Shown here piece by piece: positions 18,278-29,150 of a DNA stretch of 64,000 nt. This DNA is from a virus: the IMG/VR virus record IMGVR_UViG_3300045974_000283, positions 96,001-160,000 of that record; one strand, 5' to 3'. Numbering within the stretch: the first letter of the stretch is position 1; each line of letters starts with the position of its first letter. The notes under the pieces are model-generated. The model saw only the letters and a list, made by a program, of their open reading frames with translations. It ran no database searches and had not been told where the DNA came from. The translations under genes and the position numbers were made by a program.

Positions 18278-21229
18278 ATGACCAAATCCCTTGTCACCGC
18301 TGATGACGTGAGCCAAGCAAACCCACGGGCTCTGGACGATATTCAACAGACCCTTGACCATGTCAACGAGGAGATCGACGCGCTGGAGGTTCAGTTCAAG
18401 GCGCAGATGAAGGTTATGTCGGCCCTCATGTTTGAGATCAATCAGACCGAGACGATGCAGTCGCCCACGCCACGGAGCCTGGCCGACCTCAACATCAAGG
18501 TGGAAGACCTCACCAAGCTGACCGAGAGCTACGAGATCATTGACGGTATGCAGGCCATGCTGAAGACGCTGACGGCCACCGCCTCGCAGCTTCAGGTCAT
18601 GTTCCCTGGCGACAGCGGCCCGGCCAAGAAGATGCTGTCCGAGACCCTGATCCTGCAGAAGAAGGTCAAGGACCGCATCAACGACGCTGCCAAGTTCATC
18701 TCCGGTCTGGCGGCTGACAAGGCCCCCAAGGTGTTCGACAAGTTCACCGACGGCATCGGCACCCTCATCGCTCGTTGCATCTCCTACGGCGACGTGGAGA
18801 ATTTCCTCTATATGTTCACCACGAAGGGTGGACAGGTGGCCTTCGCCCACTACTTCCGCATGCTCCGTGCGGTGGATGAGAACGGCAACGACTTCCCCGA
18901 GCTCTACATCGTCATCTCCATGCTCGTCGGTACTGCGCCCACGTTCTACATGACGACGCTGACCGAGATGGAAACCCCGTCGGAAATCCTCTTCGCCCGT
19001 CAGGTGAGCAACCTGCGCGAAGTGGCCCGGAGCCTGCACTCGCTGCTCGCCATGGACTCCTTCCAGAACACCATCGGTTCGACTCCTCTGCCGCTTATCA
19101 TCAAGAAGGAGAAGCTCACGCCGGAGATGTTCAACAGCGCCGAACACATCGACCGCGTCTATGTGGAAGAGGAACTCGGCACTCTGGTGTTCCGACTGAA
19201 GCCCACCATCAAGGACAAGGACAGCGATCTGGCTCGGTCCATCGTGGCTCAGCTCTACACCGATACCCTGAAGATCGTCAGCAAGTTCAACGGCAAGATG
19301 CGCCCGCGCTGCACCGAACGCGACGGCCGCGTCGAAGTCGTGTTCTGGGCTCAACGCGGAGCTGAGGCCCCTGCCGCTACGGCAGATGACCTGGAAGCCC
19401 TCCAGGTCCGTTTCAAGCTCGGTGATGTTGCCACCAAGAAGATCCTGCGCATCCTCAACCGTGAGAACGCCTCCGTCAAGGTGAAGGCGGCTATGACTGC
19501 GCCTGTCCGCAACGTCGTGGACACTCTGATGAAATCCATCAAGGGTGGAGACCTGAACGAAGGCAACGGTCAAGTCGGCGACTGGCCGATCGGCGTTGAC
19601 TTCATGGGTGTCTCAGAAGAACTGATCGCTCAGATCGATGCTCAGTTCAAGAAGCTGAAATTCGTTGAAGGCCCCGGTCGGCCCGGAAGCGGTCTGGTCA
19701 AGAAATTCAAGAACAAGGAGGGCACCGTCGAGGTCCTCGTCCACTGCCTGAATCCTCTTGGTGGACAACGCCTGCCCGGCTTCGATCTCCACAAGAACGC
19801 TCCGTCGACTGTCGGCATGAGCATCGTGACCGTGGACGTCATCAACACGTCGATGGCTGAGCCTGTGACGGCTGCGCGCGTGTCCTCGGCGTCCAAACCC
19901 AATTACCGTCCTTGCAGGACTCTGTCCGAACTCTCGGCGGAACTGCCCGGATCAGAGTGGGATGCCCCCTTGGATCGATACGTCGTGCCCTGCCAGAGCG
20001 CTGGCGCTCTGGTGGGAATCGTCCATATGCTCGCTCAGAAGAACTTCGAGACCTATTACTCGGCGGACGGCAACCGGGTAAACCTCATTGGACCCCACAA
20101 TTTCCGCGGATCTTTGTTGTGGTACAAGGAAGCTCGTAAGGTGATGCTCAGCGGAAAGGACATCCGAGGTGACGAGGTCAGCGAACCTACCCACGCGTCC
20201 GTCAGCAAGCGCGTCAAGGCCAACGTGTACGAGTGGCAGATGAAAGCCATCGACGTCGTCAAGAAGGCTTCGCGTTCCAAGGACTGGCAGATGGGCAAGC
20301 TGCGCACTCATGACTCAGTGTCGTGGGTCTGTTGCCCTACCGAGCGCCACCTGAGCGCCGAGATCTGCCTGGACTACGTCGTCATGTTCCTGTCCCAACA
20401 GTTCGGCAACCCGGTCTTCAATGAGAATTCCGCTGGGCAAACCTACAAGTGGACGATGCCCGATGCCACCGACAAGGGCTGCACGAACTTCGTCGTCATC
20501 CAGTCTAAGACCGCTGCCAAGGGTTGCCTCACCGCGACCTTCGGTCACACGCAGTCCGGCACCCGCCGCATGTCGTCGGTCACAGCCGCTGTCACCAAGA
20601 CCACCGAGCAAGCTCGCATCAAGGACAACGACGAATACATGTGGAGGCAGTACACGGGACCAAGCATCTCGCTGAACTTCCGTGGCAAGCCGCTTCCGCT
20701 GGAACGTGGCGAGAAGATCGGCCTGCGCCTGTCCTCGAATGGCAAGTCCAAGCGCATGGTGATCGAGCGCCTCGGCTTGACCCGTGTGTTCACGCTGGAT
20801 GAGAATCTTGAAAAGCAACTCATCCCCAATGTGAAGATCTGCAAGGCTCCTTCCATGCTCTTCGCCTCCACGGGCAAGAAGCTGACGGCGTCGGGCGAAG
20901 CAGCCCGTGCTTCCTACGGCGATGCGCTGGATGATCTCCAGGACGCGGTGGCCCCGATGAACGCCAAAGCCAAGAAAATGTTTGAGGGCATCAAGCACGG
21001 CGTCGGCTCGGACTGGTCGCTGGACTACACGCCCGGCAACATGGACGAAGACGCAGCGATCGTGTTCAAGAACCTTGGCAACCCCAAGAAGACCTTCACG
21101 GTCAACGTGATCATCGACGGCACCTTCTGCGTCGTGAGCCGTTCCGCGTCCGGTCAGCTGATCTTCAGTCCAAGTCTGAAGTCCGTTGCCGATCTCAACA
21201 AACTCATCGGCCCCAAGCTGCTCGGTTAA
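18278..21229 (+). CDS. large hypothetical, probably virion (head/internal) protein, 983 aa
   Basis: Coiled-coil N-terminus and multi-domain body; ATG 18278 with RBS AAGAGA. Confidence 0.8.
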   Translation: MTKSLVTADDVSQANPRALDDIQQTLDHVNEEIDALEVQFKAQMKVMSALMFEINQTETMQSPTPRSLADLNIKVEDLTKLTESYEIIDGMQAMLKTLTATASQLQVMFPGDSGPAKKMLSETLILQKKVKDRINDAAKFISGLAADKAPKVFDKFTDGIGTLIARCISYGDVENFLYMFTTKGGQVAFAHYFRMLRAVDENGNDFPELYIVISMLVGTAPTFYMTTLTEMETPSEILFARQVSNLREVARSLHSLLAMDSFQNTIGSTPLPLIIKKEKLTPEMFNSAEHIDRVYVEEELGTLVFRLKPTIKDKDSDLARSIVAQLYTDTLKIVSKFNGKMRPRCTERDGRVEVVFWAQRGAEAPAATADDLEALQVRFKLGDVATKKILRILNRENASVKVKAAMTAPVRNVVDTLMKSIKGGDLNEGNGQVGDWPIGVDFMGVSEELIAQIDAQFKKLKFVEGPGRPGSGLVKKFKNKEGTVEVLVHCLNPLGGQRLPGFDLHKNAPSTVGMSIVTVDVINTSMAEPVTAARVSSASKPNYRPCRTLSELSAELPGSEWDAPLDRYVVPCQSAGALVGIVHMLAQKNFETYYSADGNRVNLIGPHNFRGSLLWYKEARKVMLSGKDIRGDEVSEPTHASVSKRVKANVYEWQMKAIDVVKKASRSKDWQMGKLRTHDSVSWVCCPTERHLSAEICLDYVVMFLSQQFGNPVFNENSAGQTYKWTMPDATDKGCTNFVVIQSKTAAKGCLTATFGHTQSGTRRMSSVTAAVTKTTEQARIKDNDEYMWRQYTGPSISLNFRGKPLPLERGEKIGLRLSSNGKSKRMVIERLGLTRVFTLDENLEKQLIPNVKICKAPSMLFASTGKKLTASGEAARASYGDALDDLQDAVAPMNAKAKKMFEGIKHGVGSDWSLDYTPGNMDEDAAIVFKNLGNPKKTFTVNVIIDGTFCVVSRSASGQLIFSPSLKSVADLNKLIGPKLLG

Positions 21230-21241
21230 GGACTTCTGATC

Positions 21242-22759
21242 GTGCCCCAATCCTCTGTCACCCAAATCTTCGTCAAGGACCTCGTCCCCAAGACAATCAC
21301 ACTCCTGGGTGACGCGGTCCTGGCCGACGACGAGACCTTCGTCTCCTGCAACCTTTCCACACTGACGCCTACCACGAGCCCTCCTCTGGCTCTCGTCGGC
21401 AGTCCAATTTTCGCGGGCGACTTCCGTTCCGTCGCCATCGACCTCACTGGCGGAACCCTCGGCACGACCTACGCGGTCAACTTCGAGCTGCAAACTGACG
21501 CCGCCCGGACAGTGATCATCACGGCGGCGGTGCTCGTCCAGCAGAACCTGATCTACCCGTACACGCAACCCGCACCGTCAGCGTTCCAGACGCTGATCGA
21601 CTCCATCCAAGCGGGCGACGCGGCCTCCGGCAAGGCGTTCTTCATCATGCCCACGGGCTCCACGCCTGCGGCCTCGGGCTACGTCACCTGGGACCTGGTT
21701 GATGTTCAAGGCACCGTCTTGGCGATGGGCAACGCCTACGACTACGTCTACACGGCCGGAAGCTTCAGCGACACCGTCGAAGCGAACGCTATCGTCGCGA
21801 TCCCGTCCACGGTGCCGCCTACCGAGCAGAACAGCCGCTATCAACTGCGGTGGACGCTGAATATCTCCGGTTCGGCCCCGGTTGTTTCGTACGAGAACAT
21901 CCGTGTGCTCGGTCTCGGCAACTCCGAGATCGGTCTCGGTTCACCTGATCTTGTGGAGATCCTTGGTGACGTCGCCCGTGCGGAACTGATCGTTGATCGT
22001 CCGTTCCCCGTTGTCTCCTTGGAGCTTTACCAATTTGATACAAAGGTGCTCGGGCCTCTCACCGTTCCCGCTGGTCAGCCTGTCTCTTCGGGCTGGCACT
22101 ACGCTACGGACGTCGCCCTGAACTCGGCTTTCGTCGCCTCGCTCGATCCGTACTCGGTCATCTGGCGGTGCGGCAACAACGCTCAGTCCTCGTCCTACTC
22201 CGAGCGCGTCAGCTCGAAGCTGTTCGTGGTGAGCCCATCAATGCTGCAAGCGGTGGACGACATCCGCTCGTTCGTGGCGAAGTCGCGCTCCACGCTCCGG
22301 GTGCAACACGACATCATGTTCGACCACGCGACGGTGATGACTTGGCTGCGTCGTGGCCGCGACTGGTTCAACGCTGCGGGCGGCATCGTCACCGAGTTCA
22401 ACATGACCCGTGCTACCGGGGCGATGCGCGAGTTCTGGCTGCGCTACGCTGAGGTCGCTGCCCTGCAAGCGCAATACCTTGCTGAAGGTGAGAAGACCTT
22501 CGAGTTCTCCGGACAGGACATCACCTTGAGCGTTGACCACGCTCAGTACTACGAGTCCATGGCGAACACCATCCGTGACGGCATCGCCGATGCGGTCAAG
22601 GATTTCAAGAAGTTTGTCCAGATCAAAGGCGTCTCGGGCGGTGACGGTGATATGACCGGAATCAGCGCGGGAACCTTCGGTCACATGGGCGGCGTCGGCC
22701 TGTCCCGAAACGTCCTCTCTCCTCGGTTCCCTGGACCGAACAACCGTTACAACTATTGA
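21242..22759 (+). CDS. putative virion structural protein (beta-rich N-terminus, adaptor-like helical C-terminus)
   Basis: T/V/S/G-rich Ig-like composition; C-terminus AQYLAEGEKTFEFSGQDITLSVDHAQYY. Confidence 0.65.
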   Translation: MPQSSVTQIFVKDLVPKTITLLGDAVLADDETFVSCNLSTLTPTTSPPLALVGSPIFAGDFRSVAIDLTGGTLGTTYAVNFELQTDAARTVIITAAVLVQQNLIYPYTQPAPSAFQTLIDSIQAGDAASGKAFFIMPTGSTPAASGYVTWDLVDVQGTVLAMGNAYDYVYTAGSFSDTVEANAIVAIPSTVPPTEQNSRYQLRWTLNISGSAPVVSYENIRVLGLGNSEIGLGSPDLVEILGDVARAELIVDRPFPVVSLELYQFDTKVLGPLTVPAGQPVSSGWHYATDVALNSAFVASLDPYSVIWRCGNNAQSSSYSERVSSKLFVVSPSMLQAVDDIRSFVAKSRSTLRVQHDIMFDHATVMTWLRRGRDWFNAAGGIVTEFNMTRATGAMREFWLRYAEVAALQAQYLAEGEKTFEFSGQDITLSVDHAQYYESMANTIRDGIADAVKDFKKFVQIKGVSGGDGDMTGISAGTFGHMGGVGLSRNVLSPRFPGPNNRYNY

Positions 22760-22773
22760 ACACTGGAACCACC

Positions 22774-23418
22774 ATGAAAATCCCTGCCCAAGTCTCCAAG
22801 GCCATCAAGAACGTCAACGAGTACCTCCAGTCTCGGGGCCTGAAGTGCGATACCTGGAACGGCGCGATGCCGCCCGTTCCACCGAACATCATCATCCAGC
22901 CGCTGAAGCCCTACTACACGGTTCAGTTGAACACGTCTGATGACCAAGGCACCACTTTGCGTGGACTGCGATCCATGATCAAGATGGGATTCGACAAGAG
23001 CCCGGCCACGGACTGTCTGTACACAAAGCACACGCCCGCTGGGACGGTGCAGGTCTGGTACTCGAAGACCAGACCCGGCGTCATCAGCATTGGGGTGCAG
23101 ATCGAGGACAAGACTCCTGAGTCCGTTCGCTTCTGGACGGCCATCAAGCTCCTCCCGGTCTGGAAAGATTCCAAGCCATCGATCAAGCAGAGAGAATCTG
23201 TCACGGTGTTTGAACGCGCCTGCGAAGAGTTCCGCGTGGGCTACGGCTCTGACTTGCTCGCCGTTGCCTTGAAGTACCTGATCGTCAAGGACACCACCGC
23301 AATCCGCAAGATCGCGGACACCGAAAATCAGTTCAACGAAGAAGCCGGTGAAGCTCCGAGCACTCCAGTTCGATGCGCTCAAGCTCTGTTGCAAGGCGTC
23401 TTCGCTTACATCGGTTGA
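22774..23418 (+). CDS. hypothetical protein
   Basis: ATG 22774 with RBS GGA. Confidence 0.75.
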   Translation: MKIPAQVSKAIKNVNEYLQSRGLKCDTWNGAMPPVPPNIIIQPLKPYYTVQLNTSDDQGTTLRGLRSMIKMGFDKSPATDCLYTKHTPAGTVQVWYSKTRPGVISIGVQIEDKTPESVRFWTAIKLLPVWKDSKPSIKQRESVTVFERACEEFRVGYGSDLLAVALKYLIVKDTTAIRKIADTENQFNEEAGEAPSTPVRCAQALLQGVFAYIG

Positions 23419-23430
23419 CCTGGAGCCAAC

Positions 23431-24213
23431 ATGGCCGACGCCTTTGACCTTTCCCGTTCCCAGCTCTTCGGCTGGAACAACCCTGCCAAGGGCGCTCGTC
23501 ATGTGGCGTCGCCCTTCGAGGGCTCTCTGGTTCACGACGAAGGCTCTACCTACACGAGCGCTCCGGGCGCGCTGGCCTTCGAAAACGAGCTCGCTGCTAT
23601 CTCGGACGCCTACCACATCTCTCCGAACCCGGCGGACTATTTCTTCCGCCCGGTGCCTGCGATCATCTCGGACATCCCGAATCGCAACGGCATCGGCTTC
23701 CCGCTGAAGTCCCTCACCAAGTGGAACGCTCAACAGGGTAGGCTCGCCTACATGACCTGGAAGGGCAAACCCATGTATGAGGAGCACGGGAAGTATCACC
23801 AAGACCCTGAGAACCCGGACATCACCAAAGCCCTCGGCGTCATCGTGGACGTTTCCCTGCGGCCCCTTCGCGGCTTCGGTGGCAACCGTCTGTGGAAGGT
23901 GATGATGCTCGCGGCCCTCGACCGCACTGCCAAGGAAAAGACCCACACGAAAGACCTCGTGGGGATGGTCGAGCGGCAAGAGGTTAATACCTACAGCATG
24001 GGAGCGCTCGTCAGCGCTTACACCTGCTCGATTTGCAACTCCGCCATCGGTCGCTGCACTCACGTCGACGAGGAAGACGCCACGTTCTTCCAAGTACAGA
24101 ACGGCGTGATCGCTCACCGCCTCTGCTGGGACATCGAGGGCTGCGAACTGTCTGTCGTCATGGACCCCGCTGTCGGTCTCGCTGCCAGTGACTACGTCCG
24201 CCTGAAATACTGA
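23431..24213 (+). CDS. putative prohead (capsid maturation) protease
   Basis: SDIPNRNG, GKPMYEEH, TYSMGALVSAYTCSICN...CTH and ELSVVMDPA match the phage U9/U35-type protease motif order (His...Ser-Met-Gly...ExSxVxxPA). Confidence 0.7.
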   Translation: MADAFDLSRSQLFGWNNPAKGARHVASPFEGSLVHDEGSTYTSAPGALAFENELAAISDAYHISPNPADYFFRPVPAIISDIPNRNGIGFPLKSLTKWNAQQGRLAYMTWKGKPMYEEHGKYHQDPENPDITKALGVIVDVSLRPLRGFGGNRLWKVMMLAALDRTAKEKTHTKDLVGMVERQEVNTYSMGALVSAYTCSICNSAIGRCTHVDEEDATFFQVQNGVIAHRLCWDIEGCELSVVMDPAVGLAASDYVRLKY

Positions 24214-24224
24214 CAAGGAACACC

Positions 24225-24971
24225 ATGATCCCGCAATACTTTCTCCCTGTCTCGACGCCGGACAACCGCGTCATCGGAACGGTCCCCATCAGCCTAACCA
24301 CCTTCGATGGCACCGAGACGAGCGTCACCGTCGGCGACGTCGTCTACCCCCTGAAGCGTACTCGGTTCGAGACGCCCCGCGTGCTTGGCAAGATCATCGA
24401 CTACATGGCGATTGCTGCCACGGTGACCGAAGAGCGCGCTGGCCGCTTCAAGAACTTCGCCAACTACGTCGCTCAGCAGTACGACCAGATTTGGATTCCG
24501 CTGAACAGCACGGTCAACGACCGGATGCAGACCAAGGGCGACCTGACCAAGCTGCTCGAAGGCATTCGCAAGTCATCGGCGACGTCCACTCCCGGCGTCT
24601 CGGTGCCCACACCCGGCGACCTCGCTGTGTCGTGGTATGGCAACGCACCGTTCGCCAACACGCCTCAGCAAACCTTCCTGGACCTCACTTGGGCTGCTCT
24701 GCTCGGCGTGTCCTCGGTGGATGTTCCGGCAATCGCTTCGGTCACGCTCGGCGACCTGTCCAGCCATCCCGGTTCGACCATCGACCTCCGTGCGGCGCTG
24801 GTATATCCGTCTGGCAACCCAACGATCCCCGGAGCGCCCGTTGCCACGCGAGTTCGCATCATGCGCCTGCGCCCCTCTGGTGTGACACCCGGCGACTACG
24901 TCTGGCCGCTGACGCTGACTTCCCCCACGGGTGACACCGTGACCATTACGATCACCCTGACCGTTGTCTGA
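24225..24971 (+). CDS. putative virion structural/decoration protein
   Basis: T/P/V-rich, Ig-like C-terminal strand pattern; RBS AAGGA. Confidence 0.65.
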   Translation: MIPQYFLPVSTPDNRVIGTVPISLTTFDGTETSVTVGDVVYPLKRTRFETPRVLGKIIDYMAIAATVTEERAGRFKNFANYVAQQYDQIWIPLNSTVNDRMQTKGDLTKLLEGIRKSSATSTPGVSVPTPGDLAVSWYGNAPFANTPQQTFLDLTWAALLGVSSVDVPAIASVTLGDLSSHPGSTIDLRAALVYPSGNPTIPGAPVATRVRIMRLRPSGVTPGDYVWPLTLTSPTGDTVTITITLTVV

Positions 24972-24979
24972 GGACCACC

Positions 24980-25582
24980 ATGAGCATTCAAGTTTACGCG
25001 ACGCGAGTCGTCGCTGCAGATTCCTCACTGAAGGACGCTGCGATCCAAGCGATGCTGTACCAGATGCGTCATGAGATGATGGCAAGCGCTATCACCCTCA
25101 AGAAGTTTTGTCAGCGTGGATTTGTTGAAGACGTCCTCGATGATGCGGCTCTTGTGGACGGCGGTCCCTTGAGTGTCGTTGCCAAGGATCCGTCTCTGAG
25201 AAAATCTTTTCTGGCAATACCTTTCGCCAAGTGGGACGAGTTCTACAAGAAGAAGTTCTCAGGAAACCTATCTTTCAAGGGTCTTCTGAAGCCTGAGGTC
25301 AAGCTCCTGAAGGAAATCACGTACCGAACGGGCTATACCATCGATGTGGAAGCCCTGTCAGGTGCCAACAACTCCAACCCAATCACCCTCAAGGTGATCT
25401 CGCCCAACAAGATCGCCATCGGTTCCGGCGGTCGCGGATGGGACAGCCCGGTCTTCACTGCGCAAGATCTCGCAAGCCTCGGCATGACCGTCGACTCTGT
25501 GAAGGAGATGTTTGCCAGGTTCGGCCTTGGAACCGCGAAGCGTGAAGTTCAGCGCAAGCCCAAGATGCTCGGTCCCGATTGA
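24980..25582 (+). CDS. hypothetical protein
   Basis: RBS GAGGA; 200 aa. Confidence 0.8.
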   Translation: MSIQVYATRVVAADSSLKDAAIQAMLYQMRHEMMASAITLKKFCQRGFVEDVLDDAALVDGGPLSVVAKDPSLRKSFLAIPFAKWDEFYKKKFSGNLSFKGLLKPEVKLLKEITYRTGYTIDVEALSGANNSNPITLKVISPNKIAIGSGGRGWDSPVFTAQDLASLGMTVDSVKEMFARFGLGTAKREVQRKPKMLGPD

Positions 25583-25596
25583 TACTGGAGCCCACC

Positions 25597-25908
25597 ATGT
25601 CCGAAACCACCTTGACCGACGGCTCGCCCGTCACGCCTGACCACCGCGAGATCAACCCCGCCACGGGTCAACAGAAAGCCTACGTCGTGCTCAGCGACGA
25701 GGAACGCGCGAAGGGTTTCATCCGCCCGGTACGTGACTCCTATGTCCACAATACCTGCGGCGCTGTGACCAAGATGGGCCGCACCATCGCGGAGACCTAC
25801 GCCCGCGACCCAAAGTTCTACGCTGGAACGTTCTGCTGCGTCTGCAGGGCTCACTTCCCGCTGATGCAGTTCAAGTGGGACAACACCGACATCGTTCTCG
25901 GAACATGA
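25597..25908 (+). CDS. conserved-type phage hypothetical, Cys/His metal-binding
   Basis: YVHNTCG...ETYARDPKFYAGTFCCVCRAHFP; RBS GGAG. Confidence 0.8.
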   Translation: MSETTLTDGSPVTPDHREINPATGQQKAYVVLSDEERAKGFIRPVRDSYVHNTCGAVTKMGRTIAETYARDPKFYAGTFCCVCRAHFPLMQFKWDNTDIVLGT

Positions 25909-26120
25909 CCGATCCCCTGAAGTGCGCTATCGTCATTGATAGATGGAAGTTTGACATCTTCCATCGGGTGCTCACGCAGTCTGGATACACCTACGAGCAT
26001 ATGCAAGGTCCGGTTCCCAACACGATACTTCTCTCCGTGCTGACCAACAACGCGGTCGCTCTGAAGGAAGTTGTTACGCGAGCCAACGAAGAAGCCGCCC
26101 TCACTTGGAAGACGACATGA
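25905..26120 (+). CDS. hypothetical protein (71 aa)
   Basis: ATGA overlaps at both ends. Confidence 0.7.
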   Translation: MTDPLKCAIVIDRWKFDIFHRVLTQSGYTYEHMQGPVPNTILLSVLTNNAVALKEVVTRANEEAALTWKTT

Positions 26121-26635
26121 CCAATTCAGGAACCCGCGTCGTGGCTGCGGAAAACGCCGCGAAGCCCGCCGAACGGGTTCTCCTCCTGTGGGATATCTAC
26201 TCGCCCACGCTGGAAGCCCGCCTCATCTCCGATCTGCTACGCCTCATCGGTACGCTGCCTCTAGGCTCGACCGTGTCAGTGATGAAAGGCGCGGCCAAGA
26301 CGAACGCCGGATCCGTCCAGCGTCTGGTAGAACGTCTCGGTTTCGAGTTCAGCTACTGGAAGCCCGGTCAGCCCCTCACGGCGATCATGCGGTACTTCAA
26401 GGACACCCCGCCTGACCTTCCCGACTACGACTACGGAACCGCCGTGTTCGATCGTCCGATGGGCGGTCCTCGGTTCGAGACCACGATGCACACGCCGGAC
26501 CCCGCGCCGCCCCCTCAGGTCTACGTGCCGATCAACGACCCCTATCCCAAGTTCCGCTCGCGTGTCCCTCAAGGCACTCCGTCCACCGGAAACCTTCCGT
26601 GGTGGGCATGGACCAATAACGTGGTGATCGAATAA
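26117..26635 (+). CDS. hypothetical protein, Pro-rich C-terminus
   Basis: Translationally coupled on both sides. Confidence 0.75.
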   Translation: MTNSGTRVVAAENAAKPAERVLLLWDIYSPTLEARLISDLLRLIGTLPLGSTVSVMKGAAKTNAGSVQRLVERLGFEFSYWKPGQPLTAIMRYFKDTPPDLPDYDYGTAVFDRPMGGPRFETTMHTPDPAPPPQVYVPINDPYPKFRSRVPQGTPSTGNLPWWAWTNNVVIE

Positions 26636-29148
26636 TGCAAATCGTCTACTCTGATTACATCCGTGGCATGAACGCGATGGCGGGTGGCAACTATGTCACC
26701 GCGTTCAGCATCCCTGGTCCGCTCGGCGCCTTCTTCAAGTCGGTCAAGTCGGAGCTGACCTCGCTCGCCAACGACATCAAGGTCGAGTTCAAGGACGTCC
26801 TCAAGTGCTTCGCCAACGGTGAAGCCTTCAAGCTGTTCAAGGCCCTGAAGTTCAGTCTGACGGCGCTGCTCAAGGGCATCCGCACGTTCGTGGCTCTGCT
26901 ACCTCGTGGCATCACGAGTTTCTTCCAAGAACTGCATGATGCAGGCTACGTCGAGAAGCTGCGCACAGGTGCAGTCAAGGTGGACGAGATTCTCCACAAG
27001 TATCCTGTCTTGAAGAAGCTCGCCGGACCTGTGATGGCTGGCCTACTCTTCTGGATGTGGACTTCGATGGCGTTCACGGGCGACCCGTGGACGGACTTTG
27101 ACGTCTCGCACATCGGTGATGCGATGCTCGGTCATTACAGCATTGAGACACTGTTCACGTCTCCTGCGGGCTTGACGGGTCTGGCGCTGCTCGCGGCTGG
27201 AATCACGATGCCCGGCCTGCCTATCTCGTGGCTTGGCGTCACCTTGTTCAACACGCTGATCGCCATCGCGTTCACGCTCGGGAAGAAGTACGCCCCAGCT
27301 GTCGCACCGAAGATCCGCACTTTGATTCCGAAGGGCAAGTTCGACAAGCGCGACACTTCGAGCCCGCCTCTTGAAACCGAAACCGCCAACGTGAAGGCCC
27401 GTATGTCCATTCGTGAAATGCAAATCGCTGCGCTGAGCCCCAAGGCTTATGCCATGTTCAAGGGAAAGATCGCCGAGCTCAACCAGGACCTCGTCGGCAT
27501 CTACCACATGATCAAGACGGACGGCAAGTTTCCGCCTCCGCTCTACCTCGTTCAGCAGGCCAACAAGCTGCGTCGCGTTGCCAACAATCCGGCGAACGTT
27601 CAGAACTTCAAGGACCTCATCAAGTTCATGGAAGTGACCCTTGGCACGGCGATGCTTAAGCGCAAGGTGCAGGCCGACGGCAGCATCTTCACGGTCGAGA
27701 TGCGTGACGCCGCCAAGCAGATGATGCGCGAGGCCACCAAACGGATCGAGGACTTCGCCAACGACATGGACAGCCTGGACGCTAACGGTCCGCAATCTTC
27801 TGTTCCGGCGCTGCTCACCTCGTATGTGGACTACTTCGTATATCAGCTGAGTATGTTGTCGATCAACGGCTTCATCATCAAGGCCGAGCTGACCAACGCC
27901 AAGAAAGTCGGCGTTCTGCTGGACAAGAACAAGACCCGTAGCGTCATCCCGCGGAAGGTCAAGGAACTCCTTGATGAGGGCACCCCGGCTCCCGCTTCCC
28001 CGCTCTCAGTACCCGGTCAGTCTCTTGTGACTCTGTACGCGGTGTTTCTGATGAACCTCAAGCAAAACGATCCCAGTGTCAGCAAGCCCCAAGCTGAATC
28101 GCTTTTCCACAAGTGCATCGGCCGACTCCGAAACGGAACCTATCTGGCCAACGAAACCGAGGCATTCCTGAGGACCATGTCCCCAGCAGAACGCCGTGAA
28201 TTTGCCTTGAACCCTGAAGATTCTCCGCGAGGTTCTGCCCGTGGGAACGCCAACGCGTTCTTGGATGAACTCGTCGAAGAGGCGATGGGTCTGATCGAGA
28301 GCGCGGGTGAGGACGAAGATGAAGCTCCGCGCAGCCTTTATCCACCGAAGCCCGCCGCCCCGGCCCCCGCCACACCTGCCAAGGTGATCAAGCCCTTCGG
28401 CCCTCCGTACCTTGACGCCAAGAGAGTTCCTTATCTCTCCCAGCTTGCGCACTACATTGTGCGCTATCTGTGGGAGGAAGACGATATCGATCGCGCAGCG
28501 GAAGCCATCGGGTGGGATGATGCCACTCTCAACGCCGAGTACAGGGAACGCGCTGAGCTGGAACTCGGTCTGGTCGCTCAGGATCTCTACACCTCGTTCA
28601 TACCCGCGCTCGTGGAACTGGACGCTCACCTCCGACGCGGCAGCGTCAACGGTGAGAAGGCCATCTTTGACTCTGTCAAGACCTCCAAAGACGGGATGCC
28701 TACCGATGAGGCTATAAACGCGAAGGTCAACCTCAAGAGGAACCCCCTCTCGGAGGCCGCGACCAAAATCTTGAAGCGGATGTTCACGGCCAAGAAACTG
28801 GTCATTGCAACCATCATGCTTCGCTTGAAGAAACAACAGAAGAATCCGGCGCTGGCCCCGAGTTTTGCGGTGGGCCTCCCCCTCACACCCGCGAATGTCT
28901 ATGAAACGCTCTCGAAGTCCAGCGGCCTGAACTGGTCTGATCTGCTCACCAGCATGGGGTACACGAACATCTACCGGAACCCAAATGAATTGGGTCTTCG
29001 TGGAAGCCTCGAGGACTGCCTCGAAAAGCTGCGGAAAGCTGGCAAAGTTCGCACGGAGTCTTACGCGGGCGAGGACACCGTCTTCATCGCTATCCAGCGG
29101 CCCGCTGCCCCCAAGAAACCGCCGTCTGGCAACATCCCCACCTTCTGA
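26635..29148 (+). CDS. large hypothetical protein (837 aa) with hydrophobic N-terminal segments
   Basis: LAGPVMAGLLFWMW and GLTGLALLAAGITMPGLPISWLGVTLFNTLIAIAF; remainder helical. Confidence 0.85.
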   Translation: MQIVYSDYIRGMNAMAGGNYVTAFSIPGPLGAFFKSVKSELTSLANDIKVEFKDVLKCFANGEAFKLFKALKFSLTALLKGIRTFVALLPRGITSFFQELHDAGYVEKLRTGAVKVDEILHKYPVLKKLAGPVMAGLLFWMWTSMAFTGDPWTDFDVSHIGDAMLGHYSIETLFTSPAGLTGLALLAAGITMPGLPISWLGVTLFNTLIAIAFTLGKKYAPAVAPKIRTLIPKGKFDKRDTSSPPLETETANVKARMSIREMQIAALSPKAYAMFKGKIAELNQDLVGIYHMIKTDGKFPPPLYLVQQANKLRRVANNPANVQNFKDLIKFMEVTLGTAMLKRKVQADGSIFTVEMRDAAKQMMREATKRIEDFANDMDSLDANGPQSSVPALLTSYVDYFVYQLSMLSINGFIIKAELTNAKKVGVLLDKNKTRSVIPRKVKELLDEGTPAPASPLSVPGQSLVTLYAVFLMNLKQNDPSVSKPQAESLFHKCIGRLRNGTYLANETEAFLRTMSPAERREFALNPEDSPRGSARGNANAFLDELVEEAMGLIESAGEDEDEAPRSLYPPKPAAPAPATPAKVIKPFGPPYLDAKRVPYLSQLAHYIVRYLWEEDDIDRAAEAIGWDDATLNAEYRERAELELGLVAQDLYTSFIPALVELDAHLRRGSVNGEKAIFDSVKTSKDGMPTDEAINAKVNLKRNPLSEAATKILKRMFTAKKLVIATIMLRLKKQQKNPALAPSFAVGLPLTPANVYETLSKSSGLNWSDLLTSMGYTNIYRNPNELGLRGSLEDCLEKLRKAGKVRTESYAGEDTVFIAIQRPAAPKKPPSGNIPTF

Positions 29149-29150
29149 TC

